Positions 51,907 to 62,407 of a DNA stretch of 64,000 nt are shown here, piece by piece. Origin of the DNA: an uncultured delta proteobacterium (GTDB lineage: Bacteria > Desulfobacterota > Desulfobacteria > Desulfobacterales > B30-G6); the NCBI GenBank assembly GCA_963823335.1, contig CAWGLD010000004.1, forward strand, positions 494,817 to 558,816, written 5' to 3'. Every line of letters starts with the position of its first letter. The stretch's first letter is position 1. Position numbers and translations under genes: made by a program. Under the pieces are notes generated by a model. The model saw only the letters and a list, made by a program, of their open reading frames with translations, searched no databases and was not told the DNA's origin.

Positions 51907-51975
51907 TTGTGATTATTTTCGCACATCGACAATTTTTCAGGTGCCTGATATCTAACGTTTTGTTGGAGATTGTCG
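51907..51975. repeat. Inter-cassette repeat, right part (H)
   Basis: TTGTGATTATTTTCGCACA..TGATATC..TTTTGTTGGAG. Confidence 0.82.
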
Positions 51976-51980
51976 GGTTT

Positions 51981-52496
51981 CTAACGCTTCGAGCGGTTCT
52001 CCTTCCTTTTCTGTTCGGTAGCGTCCTCCAACGGGGGGCTAACATTTACTGTTTTGTCATCAATCATTTTCACCGTTGCCCGGTCCTTCCAGTTTCTCAC
52101 CGCATACCAGACACCTATTTGGCTACCGTCAGGGGTGAGTAGTGCTGCACCGTTTTTATTCAGATAATAGCCATCCCTCGAGCGGCCTGCCTTTTCAAAC
52201 CATCTTTTCAGTTGGGTCTTCGTAAGATCAACCGGTTTCCAGAATTTTGATTCAAGGCGATACTCATTTCGAACCCCGATTATAGCTCGCGGAAAAGCAT
52301 CCGGTCCACTGTAATAGTAAGTGTGATTCGGCGGCAACTGGTAAGTTTCAAATGCCTTTTTAACATTATCATTATAAACAAACTTTCCGTAGTTTCCAGT
52401 CCCGGCACAGCTCGTCATAAAAAAAACGGCAACCAATAAAAAAAACAAAAGTAGTCTTGTGGAACAAGCTACCCGTAATCGATTTAACGTATTCAT
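51981..52496 (-). CDS. Lipoprotein (intact paralog of 40115-40570)
   Basis: Lipobox MTSC, YYYSGPDAFPRAIIG, FWKPVDLT, PDGSQIGVWY. Confidence 0.82.
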   Translation of the reverse strand: MNTLNRLRVACSTRLLLFFLLVAVFFMTSCAGTGNYGKFVYNDNVKKAFETYQLPPNHTYYYSGPDAFPRAIIGVRNEYRLESKFWKPVDLTKTQLKRWFEKAGRSRDGYYLNKNGAALLTPDGSQIGVWYAVRNWKDRATVKMIDDKTVNVSPPLEDATEQKRKENRSKR

Positions 52497-53196
52497 ATCA
52501 ATCTCCCTTTGTAAAATCCGAGTTTAAATAGTTTTTATGGGATATCTTGGCAGTGCCCTATTTTATTTTGCCCCGCCGGTGATACAGGGAAACATTACCA
52601 CCCTGATAAAACTAAAGATCATCATTGCCGGGTATAAGGTCAAGAATATTATGCAGTCCGCTATTGTCATTTTGCCTTCCGATTTTACATCTTGAAACCC
52701 CACAAAATATGATTACGACCCTCTAATTGCCAGGGAGATAATCGAGGAAAGAATCCGCAAAAAATTAGAGTGCGAATGCCAGATCCCTGGCAATCAATCT
52801 GCTGGTGGCGGAACGATCTGATCAATAATATTGGAGTCGATATTAGTGTATCTGGCCGCCGTGATTTTTGATGTTTTCTGATACGTCGTTTTGGGGGTCT
52901 GTCTGACGCTATTCAGAATGAATTACGCACTTGGGGTATAAAAACGATATCCTAAAAAAAATGCGTAGTGCTCGATCTTGAATAGGTTGGAGATCAACTG
53001 TCTGTACCGACTATTTCGTCTGGAAGGTCGACAATGATTGCAACCGATTCACCCATCGCATAAATGGTTCCATCACTAGCGCTTAGCGCTGACATTGCGA
53101 ATAATTTACGCCCATCTCGTCTGAGGTAGCGAGATGTGATTCTGTAATCGCTCTCAATTCCCACAGGAGGCACTCGAAAGATACGAACCCCATCTT

Positions 53197-54960
53197 TTAT
53201 GTATTTTGTTGCAATCTGGCGCAGGCAAAAGCAGGCGCAGGCAGGTAACCTTTTGAAACAGAGTGCGTGGCGCTTTTGGATGCTGCATTTTCAAGGGCAA
53301 GCGCAGCCGGATTTTTTTCACAAAATGTTTTGGGTTCATATGTCCACCCATTTCCTAACCGCTTTTCTTCCCTTTTCATGGTAAGGTGAAAATAGCGTCC
53401 GATCAGGGGGGCTATTATCCGTGGTAACAACCCGAACTCAAGATATATATCGCGAAGAAGGGATGCCAGTTTGTCGGAAAGTCGCCGATCATTTCGGTAA
53501 TACTTATTCATTGCCCACACGGCACCCGCATAAGTGCTTCGAAGGGAATCGACTTCTCGGGCAAAGCGATTCCGGATACGCAGGTCCGGATGACGTTTAT
53601 ACCGTTGCCACCCTGTCAGGAGCGTCCTTGTTAAACGAGCAAGGCTTGGACCGTTTACCTCGAAATCCCTGTTAAAGGCTTTTAAAAGAAATTTTTCTTC
53701 ACGGCCCTGGCGGATATGGGGATGACGAAAATTGAAGCGGTATTGCCCATGGGCATCCGCCACCGGAAAGGTCGTTTCCGGAAGAAGTGTACCGTCTTTG
53801 CGGTGCTGATCAAAAAGGGGTGTTCCCGGAATCGGGGTGTAAAGCATGAACTGGTGGAAGTCAGAATCATGATTGATGGCATCCTCGATCACTTGGTCAA
53901 GGTTTTCGGAGGTGTGGTTTTCCATTCCGATGATGGAAGATCCAAGGACGCGTATTCCGTGAGATTGTAGGTCTTTAACCAGTGCATATGTATCAACGCC
54001 CCGTAGCTTGGGATACTGGCTTTTTTTACCCTCCAGGCCCATCCATATCCATGAGACTCCCAGTCCCACGATCTGTTCAATGGTATACGACCGCAAAACC
54101 CGAGCCGAACTGAAAACAGACAAAGACCAACTCTTTTGATTTGATGTCATTAATTCCAGCAATCTAAGGGCTCTTCTCCGATGCAACAGAAAATTTTCGT
54201 CCAGGATAAAAAATGAGGTGACACCCAATTTAGCCTCAATATCGCTCATGATCGAAAAAAGTTCATCCCCGGTTTCATAAAAGTTGATAAAGTTTCCTTT
54301 GCCACCGAACAGAGAGGAGGTAGAGCAAAAATTGCAGCCCATCGGGCATCCGACTGAAGGGATTAATATGGCGGCTGTATTGCCGTTTTTATGCTCGCGG
54401 TGAAGGGGTATTCCCAAAATACGCGTCCCATGGGCCGAATAGGTAAGGGGATGCCGCACCGGTTTGTTTTCGTTCTGTCCGAGAAATCTTTGAAACCATC
54501 TGATCCCTTCCCCCTTAACGATGTGGTCTGCGTCGATTATTTCCGATAGTTTTTCTTTGTTGGTTACATGACCGCCGACGATGATGGTTGCTCCCGGTAG
54601 GTGTTCCCGAACCAGTTCACACATTTTTTTTACTTTTCCGATATTGGGAATGATCGCGCTTATGCCTACAATATCATATCGATTATCATGAATTTCCTCG
54701 ACAAACCGATCGAGGGAAGGAAAATCGAGCAATGTACAGGGTGCATCAAGATTGGATTGAATCATCATCAGGCCAAAACTGCGGTGAAACATGCGCAGCG
54801 AAAAAATGCCTTGCACGCGGGTAACCTGGTTCTGATAGAGTTCCATGGGATTGATTTCCCGGCTGCCATAATCATCATTTTGTGCATACGGCCCAAAAAC
54901 ACTTGAGAGTAAAATACTGGCTCGGGTCCCGCGCGGATGCACAGGTGCATGTGATGTCAT
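53197..54960 (-). CDS. B12-binding domain radical SAM protein
   Basis: YDIVGIS..IVGGH cobalamin-binding region, GCPMGCNFC (CxxxCxxC), YTPIPGTPL. Confidence 0.88.
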   Translation of the reverse strand: MTSHAPVHPRGTRASILLSSVFGPYAQNDDYGSREINPMELYQNQVTRVQGIFSLRMFHRSFGLMMIQSNLDAPCTLLDFPSLDRFVEEIHDNRYDIVGISAIIPNIGKVKKMCELVREHLPGATIIVGGHVTNKEKLSEIIDADHIVKGEGIRWFQRFLGQNENKPVRHPLTYSAHGTRILGIPLHREHKNGNTAAILIPSVGCPMGCNFCSTSSLFGGKGNFINFYETGDELFSIMSDIEAKLGVTSFFILDENFLLHRRRALRLLELMTSNQKSWSLSVFSSARVLRSYTIEQIVGLGVSWIWMGLEGKKSQYPKLRGVDTYALVKDLQSHGIRVLGSSIIGMENHTSENLDQVIEDAINHDSDFHQFMLYTPIPGTPLFDQHRKDGTLLPETTFPVADAHGQYRFNFRHPHIRQGREEKFLLKAFNRDFEVNGPSLARLTRTLLTGWQRYKRHPDLRIRNRFAREVDSLRSTYAGAVWAMNKYYRNDRRLSDKLASLLRDIYLEFGLLPRIIAPLIGRYFHLTMKREEKRLGNGWTYEPKTFCEKNPAALALENAASKSATHSVSKGYLPAPAFACARLQQNT

Positions 54961-55401
54961 TAAAATCTCCTTATTAGAATTTATTTATAGCTATTTTTTA
55001 GAGAAGCGCTAAGGAATTGGCGTTCATTTTCGGCATGGTACTGATAAGGGAGAGAGATATTTCTCAGCGCGGGATTATGAATCAAGTATAGAGAATCATG
55101 AGGCCATTACAAGGAAATATGCTGAAATGACAATACTATTACAATTCCAAGAACATGCCGGTGTCATTGTTTGTCCGCGTAATAGGTCGTTTTTACACAT
55201 GTAACTGTTCAGTTTGAATTTATTTAAAAATAACAATTAATTAGCTTGCTTTCTCACCATAATGTACTATTATTGAAATAACTCAACAAGGCCCCATCTG
55301 CAAATGGCGGGGCGATTTTTTTCTGCAGGAACAATTCGTTTTTCATATGTTGCATCCTCCAGTTTAAGATTTTGAAAATACTTTGAAAGGAGGATATTAT
55401 T

Positions 55402-55602
55402 ATGGTTAATGGAACTGTTAAGTGGTTTAACGACCAAAAAGGATTTGGATTCATTGAGCAGGAAGATGGACCGGATGTCTTTGTTCACCATTCAGCAATC
55501 AATGCAGACGGATTTAAATCCCTCAATGAAGGCGATCGCGTTTCCTTTGAAATCGAGCAGGGTCAAAAAGGTCCTGCCGCTGCAAATGTCAGTGTAAATT
55601 AG
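55402..55602 (+). CDS. Cold-shock protein
   Basis: [33 protein letters not shown]. Confidence 0.96.
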   Translation: MVNGTVKWFNDQKGFGFIEQEDGPDVFVHHSAINADGFKSLNEGDRVSFEIEQGQKGPAAANVSVN

Positions 55603-55620
55603 ATATGTGCCCTGAGTAAA

Positions 55621-55660
55621 AAAGGCATTCCTTCTTTTATTGAGGAATGCCTTTCTGTTT
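55621..55660 (+). terminator. Intrinsic terminator after the csp gene
   Basis: AAAGGCATTCCT..AGGAATGCCTTT followed by T-rich sequence. Confidence 0.7.
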
Positions 55661-55663
55661 TGC

Positions 55664-55742
55664 TTGAACCGCAACAGCGAGCGCTAACCCCGTATGTTCT
55701 GCCGTGCGGCAGTGCTTCGCATGCTGCGAGGTTCTTCAATTT
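55664..55742 (-). repeat. REP-like family copy (inverted)
   Basis: Reverse complement of the 31743-31819 unit. Confidence 0.85.
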
Positions 55743-55759
55743 TAAAGAAAGAATTGATT

Positions 55760-56122
55760 ATGGAACAGAAAGAAATTGAACATTTTAAGATAACTCTGAC
55801 TAATCAGTTAAAAGAACTATTAATCAATGCAGGTGATACTGTTTCTGGCATGACCACTCCGAGAGAAAATTTATCAGATCCTGCAGATCGAGCTACAATT
55901 GAAACAGAAAGGGATTTTATGCTTCTCATTAGGGATCGAGAGAGGCTGCTTGCTGTAAAGATAAGTAAAACTCTTTTACGAATTGAAAACGGCACATTCG
56001 GAATTTGTGATAAATGCGAGGAAGAAATTTCTTTTAAACGTCTTGAGGCCAGGCCAGTTACAACTCAATGCATTGACTGCAAAACTGAAGAAGAAACTCG
56101 TGAGAATGCTCTTGGCGTGTGA
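55760..56122 (+). CDS. dksA: RNA polymerase-binding protein DksA
   Basis: DPADRA coiled-coil tip, IRDRERLL, CDKC-17-CIDC, RLEARP. Confidence 0.88.
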   Translation: MEQKEIEHFKITLTNQLKELLINAGDTVSGMTTPRENLSDPADRATIETERDFMLLIRDRERLLAVKISKTLLRIENGTFGICDKCEEEISFKRLEARPVTTQCIDCKTEEETRENALGV

Positions 56123-56360
56123 GTATACAACGCTTGTCCTTTAACAAAAAGCTTAGGATCTGATCAAAGAACAAACCCCTCTATCTTGTGTTCCAACTTG
56201 TAAATCGAAAATTCATGGTACCGAATAAATCTTATCTATCATACCGCACCAATAAAACTCAGCTAATGATGGCACGGAATAATCTTTCAGAGCAGAAAAT
56301 AGAGCGAATCAGGGAGCAGGTAAACGGTCATTCTATAAGCAAAAGTAAAGGAACAGAAAT

Positions 56361-56552
56361 ATGAAAGAGGAAAAATGTCAGGATTGTAGATATTGGGAAA
56401 AATTAGACTCTGGCAAGAAAGAAGAAGGAGAGTGCAGAAGGTATGCACCGACGGGGCCAGAAGGCGGTCTCGCAGCATACACCTGGAACAAGACGAAGCT
56501 GACTGATTGGTGTGGTGACTTCGGGAGGAAGGGCAACAAAACTATTGAGTAG
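56361..56552 (+). CDS. Small Cys-rich hypothetical protein
   Basis: CQDCRYW..GECRRYAP..W..DWCGDF pattern and AAGGA RBS. Confidence 0.6.
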   Translation: MKEEKCQDCRYWEKLDSGKKEEGECRRYAPTGPEGGLAAYTWNKTKLTDWCGDFGRKGNKTIE

Positions 56553-56594
56553 GTTTATAACATTTGATCATATATTACATTTTACGGAGATTAA

Positions 56595-57419
56595 ATGATT
56601 ATGGAATTGAATCCTTTCTTTTTAGGACGTCTCGTTGCAATTGGTGGGAATGAGGACAAGGCGAATGAATTAGTTGTACTTAAACGAGTTGTTCAAGAAA
56701 TTGGAAAGACCGATTACAAGGTCGCTGTAATCACGACAGCAAGCGAAGAGCCTGAACTACGGGGCAAAGATTACCATAAAGTATTTACCACTCTTGGGGC
56801 ATCCGGAATAGAAATATTCAACATTAAAGAAAGGACTCAAGCAAACGACAAAAAACTGGCCAAAAATCTTGAAAAGATTGATTTGATTTTTCTTACCGGT
56901 GGTGATCAATTGCGACTGACAACAATTCTGGGGGGATCAAAGGTCCTTCAGGCAATTCAAGCCAAGCTTGAAGCTGGGGCCCTTATCGCCGGTACCAGCG
57001 CCGGGGCTGCCGTGTTTTCCGATACCATGATTTATGAAGGAAAGAGTGAAGAGGGGTTATTCAAAGGCAGTGTCCTCACGACATCCGGATTTGGTTTCGT
57101 GAAAAATATCATCTTTGACACTCATTTTATGGCAAGAGGCCGCATTGGGCGTTTGATACAGATTATTACAACGAATCCAACCTGCATCGGGGTAGGTATC
57201 GGTGAAGATTCCGGGGTTGTTCTCAAGGGAGATGGGCTTGCCGAGGTTGTGGGTACAGGGCAGGTCATCATCGTTGATGGTAGCGATATCGGGCATTCCA
57301 ATATAATTAATATTCAACCGGGCGCTCCAATTGCCGTAGAAAATGTTCGAATTCATTCGTTAGTGAATGGATATGGGTACAATTTCAAGAAACGGCAGTT
57401 TTTAACACCTTCATCATAA
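56595..57419 (+). CDS. cphB: Cyanophycinase
   Basis: IGGNEDK, TGGDQLR, GTSAGA, DTHF..RGR.GRL, GIGEDS. Confidence 0.93.
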   Translation: MIMELNPFFLGRLVAIGGNEDKANELVVLKRVVQEIGKTDYKVAVITTASEEPELRGKDYHKVFTTLGASGIEIFNIKERTQANDKKLAKNLEKIDLIFLTGGDQLRLTTILGGSKVLQAIQAKLEAGALIAGTSAGAAVFSDTMIYEGKSEEGLFKGSVLTTSGFGFVKNIIFDTHFMARGRIGRLIQIITTNPTCIGVGIGEDSGVVLKGDGLAEVVGTGQVIIVDGSDIGHSNIINIQPGAPIAVENVRIHSLVNGYGYNFKKRQFLTPSS

Positions 57420-57437
57420 AAAAATAGAGGGATATGG

Positions 57438-60050
57438 ATGATTGAAATAAAAGAGTTGCGGGCATTGCGTGGTCCCAATCGGCATACTCGACATACGGCC
57501 ATATCCATGGTTTTGGATATTAACGAGTATGAGAGCCGACCGTCAGATAAAATCAAAGGATTTTCGGATCGGTTATTGACACTTATTCCAACTTTTCAAG
57601 ACCACGGCTGCTCCATTGGAAAACCGGGTGGCTTTATCCAACGGCTTCAAACCGGAACCTGGGCCGGTCATATTATTGAGCATATCGCCATTGAGCTTCA
57701 ATGCTTAGCGGGAATGGAGGTTGGATACGGGAAAACTCTGAATACATCAAAAAAGGGAATTTATATTGTGGTTTTCCGGTATCTCGTAGAATCTGCGGGA
57801 TTAAAAGCCGCAAAAGAAGCCATTTCGCTTTTCGAAGCAGTCGCACAAGAAAAGGATTTTGATGTCAGCCAGGCTATCTCTGAGCTCAAGATTCTGCGCG
57901 AAGATCATATGTTGGGACCTACCACCTGGAGTATTGTTAAAGAAGCCAGATATAGAGGCATCCCCTTTATTCGGTTAAACGATGACAGTCATATCCAGTT
58001 GGGGTATGGCGCCAATCAAAAACAGATTCAGGCCTCTATAACCTGTCATACTTCGGCCATTGCCGTAGAAACTGCTGATGAAAAAACAAGAGTCAAGGCG
58101 TATTTAAAGAGATCAGGTATCCCGGTTCCAAGCGGCCGGGTGGTTTCAACCCAAGAAGAGGCCATAACTGTTTTTAATGAAATAGGTACGCCTGTTGTTG
58201 TCAAACCGGATGTGGGAAACCATGGCAACGGGTCGACGATCAATATTACCAATTTGGATCAATTAAAGAAGGCTTTTCAAGCGGCTCAAGCCTACCACCC
58301 CGCTGTGATTGTTGAAGAGTATGTTGAAGGGGATGATTTTCGTTTTTTAATAATAAATGGAAAATTCATTGCAGCGGCCAGACGAGAACCGGCTCATATA
58401 ATTGGTGATGGAAAATCCTCCATCAAAGAGCTCATTCAAAAAATCAATTTAGATCCTCTTCGTGGGTTTGGGCATGAGAAAGCTCTAACACAAATTGAAA
58501 TCGATGAAATGACTGAAAGACTTTTATCCCTGAAAGGTCTTTCTCTGGGTTCCATTCCAGTGGAAAAGGAGATGGTCTATCTTAAGGCCACAGCCAATCT
58601 TAGCCAGGGGGGTACCGCAACGGATGTAACTGATGAGGTAAGCCCCGATATCCGCTTGATGGCTGAACGCACCGCCCGGATTATTGGATTGGACTGCGTG
58701 GGTGTAGATGCCTTGGCAAAAGACATATCGCTGCCCCTCGATCCATCCGGCATAAAAGTGGTTGAAGTGAATGCCGCGCCAGGGTTCAGAATGCACTTGG
58801 AGCCGACAAACGGTCAACCCCGTAATGTCGCAAAACCGTTAGTGGATATGCTTTTCCCGGAGGGTTACACAAAAGTTCCCGTTTTGGCTGTAACCGGCAC
58901 AAATGGCAAAACAACGACCAGTAAATTACTTGCCCATACATTGAAGTATTCAGGGAAAATTGTCGGTCTGGCCTGTACTACAGGTATTATAATTGATGGG
59001 AAACCTATCATAACCGGAGATTACAGTGGGCCGGAAGGCGCTGGAATTGTTCTCAGGGAACCAACGGTGGATCACATTGTATTGGAAGTAGCTCGTGGGG
59101 GGATTGTTAGACGAGGTCTTGGCGTTGATGAAATTGATGTGGGTGTGCTGTTAAATATTGGAGAGGACCACTTGGGTACAGACTGGATAGAATCACAAGA
59201 AGATCTATGCCTGGTCAAATCCACGGTAGTAGAAGTCGTCAAAAAAACGGGCACTTCAGTTTTAAACGCGGATGACAGCATGACCATGAGCATATTGGAT
59301 CGTGCTTGCGGAAATATCATCCTATTTTCTTTGGACGCAACGAATCAAAAAATTAAAGCACATATAAAGGACGGGGGAACCGTTGTCACTGTAGACAAAC
59401 GAAATGCCATCATTAGAAACAGGGAATTGGACATCATTGTCTGCACACTTGAAGAAATTCCCATTACCTTTGGAGGAATTATTGACTTTAATATATCAAA
59501 TGCTCTTGCAGCCATCGGAGCCCTGCATGGCTTAAACCTGCCTATTGAACAAATTCGAAATGGGATTATGACATTTTATCCTTCGCCGAACCAAAATCCC
59601 GGTCGAATGAATTTATTCGATTTCCAAAAATTCAAAGTTCTCTTGGATTATGGCCATAACCCTGAATCTGCACGCGCCATGGCCAGATTATTACCACGCC
59701 TTACTCAAGGAAGAAAAATTGCTTTATGTCACGGAACGGGAAATCGAACAACTGAACAAATCATTGAGTATGGTGAAGCTCTGGCTTCGGTATACGATTA
59801 TATAATACTGACAGATTTTGACCCCCGAAACAGGCCTATAGGGGAAACCCCAACATTAGTTTATGAGGGGCTTATTAAAGGCGGATTCCAAGAAAAAAAT
59901 ATTGAAATAGTTCCAGAACCGCGCAAAGCGGTAGATTTCATTTTTTCAAAAGCCAAAACAGGAGATCTACTGGTCATTCAGCCCGATGAACTCGAACCAG
60001 TAATGAGTCAAATCATGGAGCGATACAGGCAGATAGTGACGCATATCTAA
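57438..60050 (+). CDS. cphA: Cyanophycin synthetase (CphA1 type)
   Basis: LRGPN N-domain, ATP-grasp (GNHG, ANLSQGG, EVNAAPGFRMH), Mur-ligase domain (GTNGKTTT, PGRMN, DYGHN). Confidence 0.95.
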   Translation: MIEIKELRALRGPNRHTRHTAISMVLDINEYESRPSDKIKGFSDRLLTLIPTFQDHGCSIGKPGGFIQRLQTGTWAGHIIEHIAIELQCLAGMEVGYGKTLNTSKKGIYIVVFRYLVESAGLKAAKEAISLFEAVAQEKDFDVSQAISELKILREDHMLGPTTWSIVKEARYRGIPFIRLNDDSHIQLGYGANQKQIQASITCHTSAIAVETADEKTRVKAYLKRSGIPVPSGRVVSTQEEAITVFNEIGTPVVVKPDVGNHGNGSTINITNLDQLKKAFQAAQAYHPAVIVEEYVEGDDFRFLIINGKFIAAARREPAHIIGDGKSSIKELIQKINLDPLRGFGHEKALTQIEIDEMTERLLSLKGLSLGSIPVEKEMVYLKATANLSQGGTATDVTDEVSPDIRLMAERTARIIGLDCVGVDALAKDISLPLDPSGIKVVEVNAAPGFRMHLEPTNGQPRNVAKPLVDMLFPEGYTKVPVLAVTGTNGKTTTSKLLAHTLKYSGKIVGLACTTGIIIDGKPIITGDYSGPEGAGIVLREPTVDHIVLEVARGGIVRRGLGVDEIDVGVLLNIGEDHLGTDWIESQEDLCLVKSTVVEVVKKTGTSVLNADDSMTMSILDRACGNIILFSLDATNQKIKAHIKDGGTVVTVDKRNAIIRNRELDIIVCTLEEIPITFGGIIDFNISNALAAIGALHGLNLPIEQIRNGIMTFYPSPNQNPGRMNLFDFQKFKVLLDYGHNPESARAMARLLPRLTQGRKIALCHGTGNRTTEQIIEYGEALASVYDYIILTDFDPRNRPIGETPTLVYEGLIKGGFQEKNIEIVPEPRKAVDFIFSKAKTGDLLVIQPDELEPVMSQIMERYRQIVTHI

Positions 60051-60088
60051 TCGATCGATATTTTGTGAAACTGTGAATCTATTTTCCG

Positions 60089-60316
60089 TTAATCTTCCGT
60101 TGGCTCAATGGACACCTCAGACCCCCACCATCCCTGTTCCTGGGATTTCTTTAAATCTCCGGGGGTTGGATTGCGATATCCCCACAAACTGAATTTTGTA
60201 TGGTCCCAATTTTTATATTGAGTCTTATGCTCCGACCATTCCGAGTCTTTTGCAGCATGACCACACCCAATTAGAAGCATCGCTAGTATTCCGATAAAAA
60301 TTGCTTTTTTCATCAT
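60089..60316 (-). CDS. Small lipoprotein
   Basis: MMKKAIFIGILAMLLIGC lipobox and GGAGG RBS. Confidence 0.7.
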   Translation of the reverse strand: MMKKAIFIGILAMLLIGCGHAAKDSEWSEHKTQYKNWDHTKFSLWGYRNPTPGDLKKSQEQGWWGSEVSIEPTED

Positions 60317-60634
60317 ACCCTCCTTTCTTTGTTTAATTGGTCCGCCCTGAAAAATGAGCATTTCAGAGTGCGGTGCAATAAATTGTTCTTTGACAATTGA
60401 AGAAAATACATTAGCCATTGGACCGGGCGGACTAAAAAAAAAGCCGTCAAAAGAAACCATATTGCCCCCCATTTCTTTGTCATATGAGCAAACTATATCT
60501 GACCCATCATTTCCCACACAAAGTTCAGAAAAAGCACACCCTCAGGCAGCGTTAGGGCCCGCTCTGGAGGGTTTTCGATAGCATTGTTATTCAATTTGGT
60601 ATATAGTAAGCTAATATTTTGGGAATCTTCAATA

Positions 60635-62155
60635 ATGAAACAAAAAATCAAAAGTCCTGAAATTGAAAAAGGAGAGTTTAAGACTTTTATTGACGTTTTT
60701 GACAACTTCCTGGGTTCGGTTCGTCAACCGTTGATGGTACTTGATGCTGACTTGAAGGTTGTCAAAGCCAATTCTTCCTTTTACCAGACCTTCAACGTCA
60801 AACCGGACGAGACAGAGGGAGCTTTAATATACGATCTTGGCAACGGGCAGTGGAACATCCCAGGGCTTAGAGAATTGCTTGAACATATCCTGCCTGAAAA
60901 CACCGTATTCAATGATTTTGAAATGGAAAATGAGTTTGAGACCATCGGTCACAAAATAATGCACTTGAATGCCAGAAGGATTTACAAAAAGTCGAATCAA
61001 ACCCAACTGATCCTTTTGGCCATTGAGGATGTGACCGAGCGTGAACATTATAAACGCCATCTTGAGGAAATTGTCGAGAAGCGAACGGCAGAGCTCAGAA
61101 TAGCAAAGGAAGAAGCTGTAGAAAGCAAACATCTGGCGGAAACCGCCCTTTATGAAATCAAGAGCTTAAAAGACCTCCTCGAGGTGGAGAGAGCTTATCT
61201 GCAGGAAGAAATCAAACTGGAGTACAACCACGAGAACATTATCGGTCAAAGCGACGAACTCAATTACGTGCTCTACAAAGTCGAACAAATTGCCGCCTCC
61301 GATACATCCGTCCTGGTTCTCGGTGAAACCGGAACCGGCAAAGAACTGGTGGCAAGGGCGATTCACGGACTGAGCCAGCGTAAGGATCGTGCCCTGGTGA
61401 AGATGAATTGTGCTGCACTGCCTTCAAACCTTATTGAAAGCGAGCTCTTCGGCCATGAGAAGGGTGCTTTCACAGGTGCCGACACCAAAAGGATGGGGAG
61501 GTTTGAAATTGCAAATGGCGCAACCCTGTTTTTGGATGAGATTGGCGAACTCCCTCTGGAATTGCAGCCCAAGTTGCTCCAGGTGATTCAGAACGGTGAG
61601 TTTGAGCGCTTGGGCAGCTCCCGCACCATCAAAGTCGATGCTCGAATTATTGCCGCCACCAATCGTGATCTGGAAGAAGAAGTTCGCAAAGGCCTTTTCC
61701 GCGACGATCTGTGGTACCGGCTGAATATTTTTCCCATCACGGTGCCGCCGCTTCGGGATCGACCGGATGACATTCCGCTGCTGGTCAATTTTTATGTAAA
61801 GAAGATTTCAAAAAGGCTGGGCAAATCCATCGAGATGATCCCGGTGAGCATTATGGATTTGCTGCAGCAATATCATTGGCCCGGCAATATCCGCGAACTG
61901 GAAAATGTGCTTGAACGGGCTGTGATCAATTCCTCGGGACCTAAACTTCGCCTGGTGGATGAACTGAAAAGGCCCAACAAAGCTTTAACCAAGGTGAAGC
62001 GATCCCTTCAGGATGTCGAACGGGCGTATATTATCCAGATACTCGAGCAAACCCATTGGAAAGTGAGCGGCAAAAACAGTGCAGCCGAGATCCTTGGCCT
62101 TGATCGCAGCACATTGCGCGCCCGCATGCAAAAGCTGGGTATCCACAAACCATAA
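60635..62155 (+). CDS. PAS-domain sigma54-dependent activator (FhlA-like)
   Basis: PAS domain, GETGTGKE, GAFTGA, WPGNIRELEN, HTH. Confidence 0.92.
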   Translation: MKQKIKSPEIEKGEFKTFIDVFDNFLGSVRQPLMVLDADLKVVKANSSFYQTFNVKPDETEGALIYDLGNGQWNIPGLRELLEHILPENTVFNDFEMENEFETIGHKIMHLNARRIYKKSNQTQLILLAIEDVTEREHYKRHLEEIVEKRTAELRIAKEEAVESKHLAETALYEIKSLKDLLEVERAYLQEEIKLEYNHENIIGQSDELNYVLYKVEQIAASDTSVLVLGETGTGKELVARAIHGLSQRKDRALVKMNCAALPSNLIESELFGHEKGAFTGADTKRMGRFEIANGATLFLDEIGELPLELQPKLLQVIQNGEFERLGSSRTIKVDARIIAATNRDLEEEVRKGLFRDDLWYRLNIFPITVPPLRDRPDDIPLLVNFYVKKISKRLGKSIEMIPVSIMDLLQQYHWPGNIRELENVLERAVINSSGPKLRLVDELKRPNKALTKVKRSLQDVERAYIIQILEQTHWKVSGKNSAAEILGLDRSTLRARMQKLGIHKP

Positions 62156-62180
62156 GCAATCCTACCTGAAGTTGTACAAC

Positions 62181-62326
62181 CAATTGAAGAACCTCGCAGC
62201 AAGCTACGAGGAATCTTCGACCGTAAGGAATTCTGTCTAATTTAGATTCGCTCGCTAACCCCGCAGCATGCGAAGCACTGCCGAACGGCAGAACCTACGG
62301 GGAATGCGCTCGCTGTTTCGGTTCAA
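62181..62326 (+). repeat. REP-like family, longest copy
   Basis: GAAGAACCTCGCAGCAAGCTACGAGGAATCTTC ... GGGGAATGCGCTCGCTGTTTCGGTTCAA. Confidence 0.85.
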
Positions 62327-62407
62327 AGAATTGTTCCCAGGATCCCAATGGGAACGAAGCCGTAATGCCATCAACTATCTATTCAACGTCGAAGGATCCA
62401 GAAATAG

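Noticed and set aside
42941-51975. CRISPR array or classical integron attC array
   Set aside because: The repeats are about 180 bp with kb-scale gene-containing spacers. There are no cas or intI genes, no RYYYAAC/GTTRRRY boxes and no long dyad.
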